Part shown: one piece after another, positions 38,201 to 47,500 of the stretch
Layout: each line of letters opens with the position of its first letter
How positions within the stretch are numbered: position 1 is the first letter of the stretch
NCBI GenBank assembly: GCA_030704615.1
Contig: CM060733.1
Span: forward strand, 74,338,001-74,402,000
DNA: 64,000 nucleotides
From: Takakia lepidozioides
Taxonomy: Eukaryota; Plantae; Bryophyta
Direction: 5' to 3'
The notes under the pieces: model-generated
Seen by the model: only the letters and a program-made list of their open reading frames with translations
The model's database searches: none
What the model was told of the DNA's origin: nothing
Made by a program: the position numbers and the translations under genes

Positions 38201-39424
38201 AGGCTGTGCTTGTGCCGGCCTTCTGCCACTCTCTGGGCAATCTCTCTTGACATGGGGTCCTCCACATGTCCAACATATCACCCCTGGTTGCTGTTGGCCT
38301 GCAAAAGATGCCACGGGCCTCTGCACCTGAGGTCCCCTGTAAGCTCCATGGAACTTGGGCTGGGCAACCTTGCCCCCCTGACCACGCTGTTGGGCAGTCC
38401 CTTGTGCTTGTGGGCTGACAGCTGTGCCCCGTACAGGCATGTCCTTACCAAATCCAATTGTAACAACTCGCTCCTCCACCATGTTGAGCTCAATCCGCTC
38501 AGCCAGCAGAAACACATCTGCTAATGTGGGTTGGGCTGCTTGTAACAGGGTTGCATCTCGCACCCTTCTCTTGAGCTCCTTGTCCAGAATTCCATACCAA
38601 AACTGGATTGCCTGAGCTTCAGTAACCCCTTGGGTCACACTTATCAAGCGCCTCATACGAGTGTACGCCTCTCGCAGGCTCTCACTGGGTTTGCGCTGGA
38701 AGTCTTGCAAACTTCGCAGCTTCTCTGTCCGTACACCTTGGTAGTTCCTCCGCAACTCCTGGAAGAACTCCACCACCGGGTTGAATCTAGGCAAATGTGT
38801 TGTAGTCGTGGCAGGAGAAGCACCTTTTGAACTGGTACCACCTTCAGAAGTACCAGCACTACTTGCTCCACTACTAGTGCTGGCAGTGGGAGCTATTGGT
38901 ACTGATGCAGCTACTGGTCGCGTCGTGCCTCGAGTAATGGAGACGTAGTCAGGTGACCAATACATCCTCCACTCCTCAATCTCTGCTTCATGTCCTCGCC
39001 TGAACTCGTGGTAATCGTCCATAGGCGGGCCTTCCAAATGCTGGAACAGTCCCTTCCACGCCATGAATGGGGTGAATAGCTGTGGATTGCGCATCTGCTG
39101 CAAATCACACCAGCTGTCGAACTCCTGGATAAAGTCATCCAACTCGATTGTGCCCACAGCTCCAGAGTACCTACGAGGCCCCTTGGTAGCTCCATACATC
39201 TCCTCCATGTCGTCCCACAACAATGGCGAATGAAAGTGCACACCTGTTGATGAAGCCTCCGAGTCTGTGTCTGACTCTACAGTAGTTGAGGGTGGCGGTG
39301 AAGGTGGTCTGAACCGAATACCTCGTCTTGTGACCCCACTCTCACTGTCACTGCTTGTAGCCGTACTCCCCTCAAAACCCTTGGGTAACTCCGTAATGAC
39401 ACTCACAATGTGCACCTCCTCCAC
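35228..39424 (-). CDS. Gag - zinc knuckles - aspartic protease - C5 cytosine methyltransferase (DNMT3-like) polyprotein, 1398 aa
   Basis: Knuckles CWTCGGPHVKRDC and CGHCGKYGHGDAQC; protease LLDSGA. MTase at ~36485-35540 has motif I LDLFGGISTG, IV GWPCQ, VI ENV, VIII AHRPRLWWTNL, IX ERAMGF and X RQVLGQAM. Confidence 0.93.
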   Translation of the reverse strand: MEEVHIVSVITELPKGFEGSTATSSDSESGVTRRGIRFRPPSPPPSTTVESDTDSEASSTGVHFHSPLLWDDMEEMYGATKGPRRYSGAVGTIELDDFIQEFDSWCDLQQMRNPQLFTPFMAWKGLFQHLEGPPMDDYHEFRRGHEAEIEEWRMYWSPDYVSITRGTTRPVAASVPIAPTASTSSGASSAGTSEGGTSSKGASPATTTTHLPRFNPVVEFFQELRRNYQGVRTEKLRSLQDFQRKPSESLREAYTRMRRLISVTQGVTEAQAIQFWYGILDKELKRRVRDATLLQAAQPTLADVFLLAERIELNMVEERVVTIGFGKDMPVRGTAVSPQAQGTAQQRGQGGKVAQPKFHGAYRGPQVQRPVASFAGQQQPGVICWTCGGPHVKRDCPESGRRPAQAQPAQLQCGHCGKYGHGDAQCYDLHPELRPGQFQGNNGGRGRGGPAQRGRGGRARGAGQGQPPHGQGRGGQGVDQGMANRLQQLEQRLAAMAIAQAVPAPRRDGPPPAPEGGDMGGMGFMCGAALPLEQVESAAAVTRGATRVPEPRGAEVELDPQRGEASRQARLPQSFTLAETVSTPSMAPSSRPTVTEAEVTMPLGRATRAALTPATKASAAGVLLGAATSVCQAPLFSATMIATPGVRPAAVFRLAATLCESGEVTSSSAELVEGVVAEGSSDLRVKTATAAPWQAAAARLTELPARPAFERAMVTPGVVLLDNQGGIFTLSGPAGKKYRPLRVLLDSGAQPLMLGRAAIAGLGLMEADMEPCPFQIQTSLGGSEQARGMTRHQLAIRLQPDHPVDGSVMRAKAIVTDAVSYDVLVGGAVLYPMGFTLDFWEESASYRPGWQSGDGRRAQLPVTFIGGIAAAQRGKMPTLAAFTAAVSWPGELLEGNAHAEDVPPPAEQDDMHGTAELPAMVAHTPLWGTSKDLQHAADGRVQQAWVEAFVPSGEEESAVIVPGPPQLSPLDTTPLVWQRPDEGICLLDLFGGISTGLAAVLQAGVRVRRYLYVERDETARRVSLRHVAQMVQQHPELLPVSAVRGYQQALPADIALLGAQDLERVGSIDLVVAGWPCQGHSSAGHGNGLRDSRTGLFWEMVRILRHLQLHQAVSPAYILENVPLMGDSRARVMASVHQVRSWLGSAVLLDAAAVGSRAHRPRLWWTNLMPPALLKRAFDGVQRPAHLTVDGILDTGRQSQRVRHDDRSPLAVVNRVGQPRAALPTLLSFPGSHAFRDGGPGLLWDAQLQQLVEPNADERERAMGFSTGTTAVPSLSEASRRQVLGQAMDLNCLTWIVSLAMAEQRRVRSALPLTVSLPTETVQAASGGEPVRTTRCRHPWHMWEVLEVQRELAAKAAVMDEVGDSSRDEEVLNDEMMGQDEALSLTEQEGGTAQEVAA

Positions 39425-42400
39425 GTGACACTATAAGGCTCTAGTACTAATCTAATAGTGACACGGGTGGGCACCTGTTGCAGTCTAAGGGTCATATCCC
39501 AATGGCTCAGGGCACCTGCACCTGCATCCACCGCAAGAACTCCTATGGTTGGCTGGTCATCAACCCAGCCTCACCATAGAAGAAACACTGGTGGTCTTGC
39601 TGGTCATCACTCCAGCCTCACCACCGACAGCATACTCTAGGATTGACCGGTGATCAAATCCGGCCTAATCCCTATGAAAGCAAGCGCCCACACAAAACCA
39701 ACATGGCGCACAGTCAAGCATGCAGGTGTTGGGGGGGATCCAAACACAAGAAATCAAAACATCAACACCCCCACACCAAAATCCAGCAGCAACGCTGATC
39801 CTGCAGAATATCCCAGCCCAAAACCCCGGACTGACTGGCCTCCACCAAGAGAGGCTTTGGCAACTACAAGTACAAGGTAATGAAAATAGTACAGAGATGG
39901 AGGGGAAGAATAGAAGCCCGACCAAGCAAGATCTAATCCTGATCTATGCTATCAACTGCCAGACTTCTCTCAAAGTGCCTCGCTCTGCATGATGGTAAGG
40001 TGTAGGAGGTATATCTATGTCCAGAAACCTGCCACTAACCTTGTCCCAAGCTACAGTAGCTCGCTCTAACCAACCCTCCTCCTCTTTCTGCCAGGTAGAG
40101 ACAAAGCAATACTCTCCTATCTCCCGCTCACTGAACACTAAAGAAAACAAAGGTAGGGTTGATAGTCTCTCAACTCGAAAGCTTTGAGACGGTTGCGGGT
40201 GTCCTCATTGCGAATGACTGCATCTCCTTCACGCACAACAAACATGTCATTGCTGATGAACCCCCGCTCGTGGTTGCCCTGTGCAGAGCGTATCCGGCTG
40301 CAATCATGTCTGATTGCACAAACTTGTGTAGCTCCTGCTCCTCTGCTCCAGTACACCACGGCCTTGTGACTGAACACCTTGGTCCCCGGGGCTGTCTTTG
40401 GCTGTGTTCCAAGCCTAGCTTTCACCCACTTTGGTATTTCACCTACAGCTGCAGAACTGCTGGCTCCAACAGAGTTCTGACTGTCCAAGGCGATATTGAG
40501 GCCCTCAATGCCAACTACAGCAGTCTGTTGTCTACTGCTAATGCCTGACTCCCAGTATGCAATCAACTCGTCCAACTGTTCTCCACTCAAATCAGTCTGA
40601 GTTCCTTGGGAAACATAAATCCTGTCCCCTTGTGTGCACAGACTAAGAGAAGAGACCTGCCCTTCAATTACGTCCTCATTTCCCCCAGCCATGCAAGGAG
40701 TACATCCACCAATTTGTCTCTCATATAGACCAGCACAGGTTCTAGAGACAGGATTGTGGATCTTTCATGGCACACTCACACTCTAAAAATTCCATAGATT
40801 TTTAGCAGAGTCCCAAAAACAGAAACCAGGTCTAGATAGGTAGATTTCCCCTTTCTGCAGATATCCCCTCAAAAACTGAGTCAAACGGAGCTCATTTGAC
40901 AAAGATATGACCAACCAGGCTCTTTAAACATTTAAATTAGATCAAAAAAAAAAGTTTTTTTTTTTTTTAACACCAAAACGCTTTTGCCATTACAACCTGT
41001 TCCCAGGTTATCTACGAGTTCCCGAGGTCGTTCCCCTCCAGGATTCTCCAGGCACCAAGAGCTCGTTAATTCCAACACTCGACCTCAGTTGGGTGGGGTA
41101 TCACGATTTGCTTTCTCTGCACGTGGGCCTGCCTCCTCGAGACCTAGAGACTACAAACCAGGAATTGGGGCGATTTCAAGAGCAGATGCACTGCGCAGCA
41201 CCTTCATGGCTTATGGACAGGCGGCCTGCTGTGATGTGGCCGTCTTTGCATGGAATCCAAAGCCAAGACCAGCTTGAAGTTCCATCAACTTGGTCTAATT
41301 CGCATCTCTCGCCAACGATTATTGTTGGCTTAGAATGGTTTCCGCCTTCCTGTTACTGCTCGTGTTTGCTTTTGTGTGCATTCTACAGGTCAGGGATCGG
41401 CGACAACAGGCACCAGATTGCCCCGTCACCACCCCCACAAGGCACAGACGACTTCACTGCCAGGAAAAAGAAAGTGAACCATGCTCAGCATGTAGACCCA
41501 AGGCCTGGGTCCATCTGCATCAGCTCCAGTATAAGAGAGACAATCATATAGTTATCAAGTCTCTACAGGAATTTGCGATTGCCTCAGTAAAGTGGAACTC
41601 AATCTGCAGCCTCCTTCCGCCGCCTCTCCATCAACCCTTGGAAGCTCTCGTCCGCTGGCCTCATCCGTCAGCATTGCTTCTCCTGCTACGAGTCTTCGCA
41701 TTTCCTCCCCTGCTCGCCTGTGCAGAAGTAAGTACCCTTGACGCCGAAATGACAGTAGAGGCAAGTGATCAGTTGGAAGTGTTCAATGATGAGACAAATA
41801 GAGCTGGAGCTCCCTTGACCTGTATCGCCACAATCTTGGACTCGGGCAGTGTGCTGAGTTGAAAGCTGGGTTGTGAACCACCATTCGACTTTCCACCAGT
41901 TTCCACATCAAAATGGTGGACCCAAGGTGCAAGGCAGCAACAGCTACTTGGCTTTGTACAAACCTGAAGCACTTAAAAAACGAAAACGACTTTGCACCTT
42001 GCACTCTCCGAAATCAACAATGCCCCCAACAACCCTTTTTGTCAGAAAGTTGGTTGCTTATGCAGATAATCGACCAGGTGAAAGCAGCTTTCCCAGCCAC
42101 AATCACAAGTAGCATGAAGATTTGTGAGACTCCTGGTTTTGCAGTGTTGATGATATGCCAGCAATGGGCTCCCCGTTCTCCATCGCTTTGTGCTAGGCTT
42201 TCTCTCTCGGGCCCTGCACCTTCAACCAGCTCGCTGCGCCATGCTCTACCTGCCGGCGCTGCATTTACTGGAGGGAGCAGATTTACAGCTCCTCCTTCAA
42301 CTGGCTCCGCTACACCAGCTCCACCTGCTCTTCCGCTGCCTTTCCTGACCGCTTCTGGTCTGTCCTGGTTCTAATTTAACACTGGTCTGTGCACATCGAA

Positions 42401-42738
42401 CTAAGGCGAGCAGCCCGGCCATCTCCAGGCACGGGAGTTCTACCCATCTGCTCGATCACAGGCTCCTCCTTTAAGTCTCGCACTTGGTCAGTTTCCCAAT
42501 GGCCAATCGCTGCTACTCCATGATGTCTCCTCACCGACCAAAACAAAGGCTGCTTCCATGCAGTGTAGCTCCATCATGCCCGGCGGCCTCATGCCAGAAC
42601 CAACGCTGATCGAAACCTGCATATTTTGTTTTGTTTTTTTTTTTTTCTTCTAAGCTTCTAAAACTAAGCACTACTTACACACAGGTAATCGTACAAGTGC
42701 TAACCCTCAACTCCTACCTTGCACTCACAGGTAAGAGG

Positions 42739-42752
42739 TCATCTTTCTCGAG
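42739..42752 (-). promoter_or_regulatory. Putative self-priming PBS
   Basis: The 14 nt immediately after the 5' repeat B are the exact reverse complement of 42947-42960 inside B; there is no TGG tRNA-type PBS. Confidence 0.7.
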
Positions 42753-43112
42753 TGATAAGAAAGCTAACAAATGACACTGCTCTCCACACAAGAAACAATG
42801 TGAAATCCAAAACCATCACTCTTTAAAACAGTAGTCGAGCCAGGGGCACCCCAAGCTATGGGGACTCCACCCCACAACAACCTACACTCCCATCATGAGT
42901 AAACTCAGATCTAAACGCACACAGGAGCTCGGTCGCGCAGGCTCAACTCGAGAAAGATGAGCCGCGCGACTGCCGCTCTCGTGAAGATAAGACGGACCAG
43001 GTGTCAAACTAAACTTGACACCTGATTTAACACTTGACCTAAATCCAAGTGTTAACTACAAATAACTAGTTTTATTCTAGCTGTTTTCACACTGTGCTTA
43101 TTTAACTTGACA
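42753..43112 (-). repeat. Repeat B (360 bp), 5' copy
   Basis: TG..CA bounded and matches 31389-31748; contains 10-bp-stem hairpins at ~42998-43024 and ~43027-43055. Confidence 0.95.
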
Positions 43113-44545
43113 TGCCCATTACAGACTGTTCGCCTGAATATGAGGTTGTCGTTGTTGTGAATATTGGAGGTTTTTGTGCGGCACCAAGGGTGCCCATCGT
43201 GCTTTTTGTCCATTCCTTCCAGGAGACTAGAAATGCCCCCCAAGCGACCAGGAGGAGGCAGCTCGAAAACAATATTACCATCAAAAGATTCCGGCAAGAA
43301 TGCCACCCTCTGAATATTGAAAGTGCTCCAGTCTATCCCCCTCAACTCACTCTTGAATCCTGCCATCCCTCCCATGGCTTTCAGTTTAGGAATGACACTG
43401 GTGATCTCCTCCACATCTGCTTCTACAGGTGGACATGGCTGATCCACGGGCGGTATTGCACATGTGTCATCGGAGGATGAGTCTGAAAGCTCAACTACAT
43501 GGTTAACGGTACTCGTCTCCTTCTTGACAACCACGGGTGTTTTCTCCTGGGCCACTGATGTTGCCGTGCCAGGAGTAACGAAAGATCCTGCAGACTCTCT
43601 CAGAGGGGCACTGAGCACCCTGTATCTGCCTGGAGGCACTCTCCATTGTGTGGCTGGTGCAGTATGCGAAGGTTTCTGGAACATGTACTTGAGCAGTTTT
43701 CCATTTGCATCGTACACTTCCCTTTGAAGGAATAGAGTTCCATTTTCCAACCGAAACTGCGTTGCGAGGACGTGTTCATGCACCAGCGCAAAACCATCAT
43801 CTTCCACCTCGTAAGAAAATGGCACAGGGTGGTCCTCACTGAAGAAGTCTGCGTCAAGGGAGCCCATGGCCTGGGAGGCCATATGTCGATGTTGCTTCAG
43901 AAAGTAGAGTTCACAGTCCGACGGTGCTTGTGAATGCAAATTGTGTGGGAGCGGAGTTTTTGGCGTCCTCACAGAGAATTGCAGGTATCGCTCCGGCTTG
44001 CAGATCTCCTAACGCGGGTTTCCACTTCTGTGAAATGTCTCCCCATGCAAACCAAGCGCATGGTCACAGAGTGCCCAAATACGGAGTCCATAATGTCAGC
44101 CCTAATCCTAGAATCCAACTGTTTTTTCACAAGTGCCCCACCAGTGCAATCGTTGACAGATTGACCGACAGAGCCGCCGTTTGGTTGTCATGTCAGAGAG
44201 CCCAGAAGAGATGCCCATTTCCATTTAATTTTAACGGCACCTGCACCGCTGTACAACTGTACATACTTGACATTCCTCTGGAACATGCCAGAATAACGAA
44301 CTTTTTCAGATGGGAGGTGATTAGACCCCAACGATTTTTGAATGGATGAGGATCCAATGATCTCCGCCCATATTTCATAACGATTAGATGGACACGTGTT
44401 CGCCATGCATGTGGAATGAGTCAGTGGCGCACTGAACGTTGCGAGCGAACATCTTGGCGTTGAAGGCCTTGCGATGAACCTCCCATAGTCCTCTTTTTCC
44501 CCTCTTCTCGTTATTGTCTTTGCAACCCTGGATTCTGCAGAGACG

Positions 44546-47500
44546 ATGACCCCATTCCGAGGGAGAAGCAAGCGTCAAAGAACACTTTATTTCACATCAA
44601 AGAAGCAAAGGGCACGCGCTAAGGAGAGGATGAGGAAGGCAAGACGGGAACTTAGAATGGGAGAAGAAACATCCGGCGTAGAGGAAGACAAAGGGCAAAA
44701 CAGGATTCTGCAACCGCAGTGTGGAGAGGAAGGTCTTGAAGTGATCCCGGAGGCGACCGATGAGCAACCTCCAATAGAAGGCGGGGAGGACGAGGAAGTG
44801 AGCTGGACTCGGGAGGAAGCACTGCGAGTACAGAAACAGATCTTCAAAGAGCAGGGAGAACAAACGGACGCGGAAACGATGCCGTCTGCCCTTGTTTCGC
44901 ACCATCGGGACCTCCTTGGAAGCATGCTACCTCCAGACGAAATGGAAAGATTGAATGCGTCAGGAGCATCATCAAGTGCAAAGAAGAAACCGGAGGTGGC
45001 TATGAACTCTCTTTCTCTCTCTCTGATTCTGTCTGGTTCTTGCTAAGCATTGAGGTCGACATCAACCTTGCGTCAACGCAAGGTTGAAGTCGACCTCCCA
45101 AGTGTATATATTGGGCATCAAAACAGTGCAGATGCTGCACTACAATCAAGCTAGACAGACATGGATGCTTGCGACGCATCATCAAGTTCGAAGAAGAAGA
45201 AGAGACAGCAATCTCCTTTTCCTGTAGCTTTTGTGTTTGTTCAACACCGATCCGAGAGCACGCAATCAACCTTGCGTCAACGCAAGGTTGATGCCTACCT
45301 CCATGGTGTATGTTAGAACTTCTAGTGAAACGAACAGATGCCGCACATGAATCAACATTGCGTTGACGCAAGGCTGGTTTTGATGATTTTTTTGTTCAAT
45401 GGAGGCGTCCGATCTCTCATATCATGAAATGTAAGGTAGGGAAAGTTGATTAGTTGAAGCTCCCAAAAGAACCCTGCGTCAACTCAAAGCATTTTTTGCT
45501 TGAAAAGTCTTTCCTGTATGCTTTTCAGTCTAAACTACATCCCCATCAATCAACCTTGCGTCAAAGCAATGTTGATCCATGGGTGCTCAATCTGTCACTC
45601 ACAGATAATTCATTCTGTGCAGAGGAAAAGAAAAAGGAAATCCGAGGGGGAAGATTTGGCAGCGTCAGAAGGTGAAGGTGAGGAAGACGCATTGGAGGGA
45701 AACTATGAAGACAAGGCCGAGGAGATAATTGGTGGGCAAAAAGTGAACTCGTCGAAGGTGATTCTGTCGATGGAGGTTCCGGGCAGAAACCTGGTCATTC
45801 CGCTGTGCAGGATGATCTCCATGCCCGCTGTTCGACCGGCATTGAGGAATGATATAACGAAGTTGAAGAACGACTTTGTTCACGGCTATGTCAAGGGATC
45901 AGCAGTGTTCTACGTATCCACTATGAACACGAAAGGAGAGGAGTGTCTTGTAACAGAGGACATTGAGCAAGGTTGGGATGCATGCTGGCGGGATGTAAAC
46001 AGGGAGTTCGAGTTTAAGCTGTCCAAAAAGGCCTCCACAAAAGCATTCATGGGAAAGATGTTTTTTGTCTGGGATGGGAACCACAGACTGCTTGCCTGGC
46101 TGGATTACATTTCAAGCTTGCACTCGGACGACATCGAATGGCACTGGAGCATGGTTTCCATGGTTCTCGATCACAAAGGACGTGTCACGCAGCTCTTGAC
46201 AGCCATGCACGACATAAACAAGTAAGTTTCCAACTTTGTGTCTGTTACTTGTTTCGACAATTTGAAATCATCTTATGAGTTGAAGGTTTTTCCAGGTCCA
46301 ATGAAACATCACATGTGACGACCAATCTGTGCCACACTCTATTCCGCATCCAGAAGGTAGGGCTGATGCCACTGGAGTCATTCACGAACGTGCTCAGTCC
46401 TCAGCAGATGAAGAGGTGTGCTGAGAAGAAGACAAGCACATGGTACAGCTTGACAAGGGAGGCTTTTCTTGAGTACATGTACACTGTAAGCTTTTTGACA
46501 CCTTTTTGCCTGTTAATACTGCAAATTTTGTGAAGAAATTCCAGTGTTTGATTCTTTTTACCTGTTATGTATGCAGCAAGAAATAGCAGAAACTGGATTG
46601 AAGGCGAAAGCAGAGTACTATGATTCCCACACAGAAGAGCAGCGGTCTGTAACTGGGCTTGAGGACATGATGAAGTTCGAGATGAAAAATCAAAGGAAGA
46701 ACCTCATGAGTCCATTCGACAAACAGATCCGGATAGCAGACCCAGGTCTTGGTACGGAATTTCTGGAACAGGTGAAAGCACACTATGACAAGTATGGCTC
46801 CAAGCCAGAAATGACTCAAGAGAAACTACATCGCCTTTCCATTTCAATGGTGGACAATGCAACCAAAATCAGGTGGTTGGAGATATGGAATTCGGATCCT
46901 CTTGTGAGAGACACGAACATGTTCCCAACTCCAGAGAGGGACCCGAAGACACAAGCAATAAGAGTTGTTAGCGACCACACATTCGACCAGTGGCTACAAA
47001 AAGCCACATTCTGGAGCCAGGTAATGTTTGAACCAAACCATTTTCAGACATTTGTGATGCTCCGTAACCTCTCGCAAATTCTTACGAGCTTTCTTGTTGC
47101 AGTTAGAAAAACGTGCAGTGGCTGCACTTGCTGAGTCGATGGCAGACTACAAAATCCAGATGGCTTGCCCCGGATCACACTGGAGGCCTATATCAGGAGA
47201 TGGAAGCTCGCTGTCTGGAACAACTGCTTCTTCAGGGAGTTTGAGAAAGAGAAAGGAATCTCCAGGTCTTACGAATTCAAAAAACCAGTACAACAGCGAG
47301 CAAGCAATGAAGTGAGTGTTGTACAGGTGTGACCTCCTTGAATCAAAATTGGTGCTTGAAGGGCATGTTTTTGCAATCTTGTGTCGTTCTTTCCAAAAGG
47401 AATTGCGAATTTGCAGTGCTTTGCGAGATCTCTGAGGGCTCTGCATGTGCAGTCGAGCAACATTGCGTTAACGCAATGTTGTTTCCCATTGTCCTGGTTT

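Larger units (their letters stand above)
31303..43112 (-). mobile_element. Full-length Ty3/gypsy retrotransposon encoding a DNMT3-like methyltransferase and a PHD finger, with split direct repeats
   Basis: Termini TGTC..GACA; TSD TGCC at 31299-31302 and 43113-43116; domain order gag-PR-DNMT-RT-RH-INT-PHD. Confidence 0.95.
28571..43972 (-). pseudogene. MULE-2 transposase (Cys/His GCM/WRKY-like domain, DDE core, SWIM finger), interrupted by the gypsy insertion
   Basis: 43972-43113 joins 31298 downward in frame (RTVCNGH/LKCENMKC). Motifs MFDHVK, FMADSAQAN, CLFHW, NLAETVH and SWIM CTCPDF..PCKHL. 93-nt GT-AG intron at 30046-29954; frameshifts near 31120, 30950 and 30445. Confidence 0.88.

Noticed and set aside
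31303-43112. DIRS/Ngaro tyrosine-recombinase element, suggested by the split repeats and a methyltransferase
   Set aside because: It has a protease, a DDE integrase and a TSD; no tyrosine recombinase motif was seen, and the MTase is C5-type.
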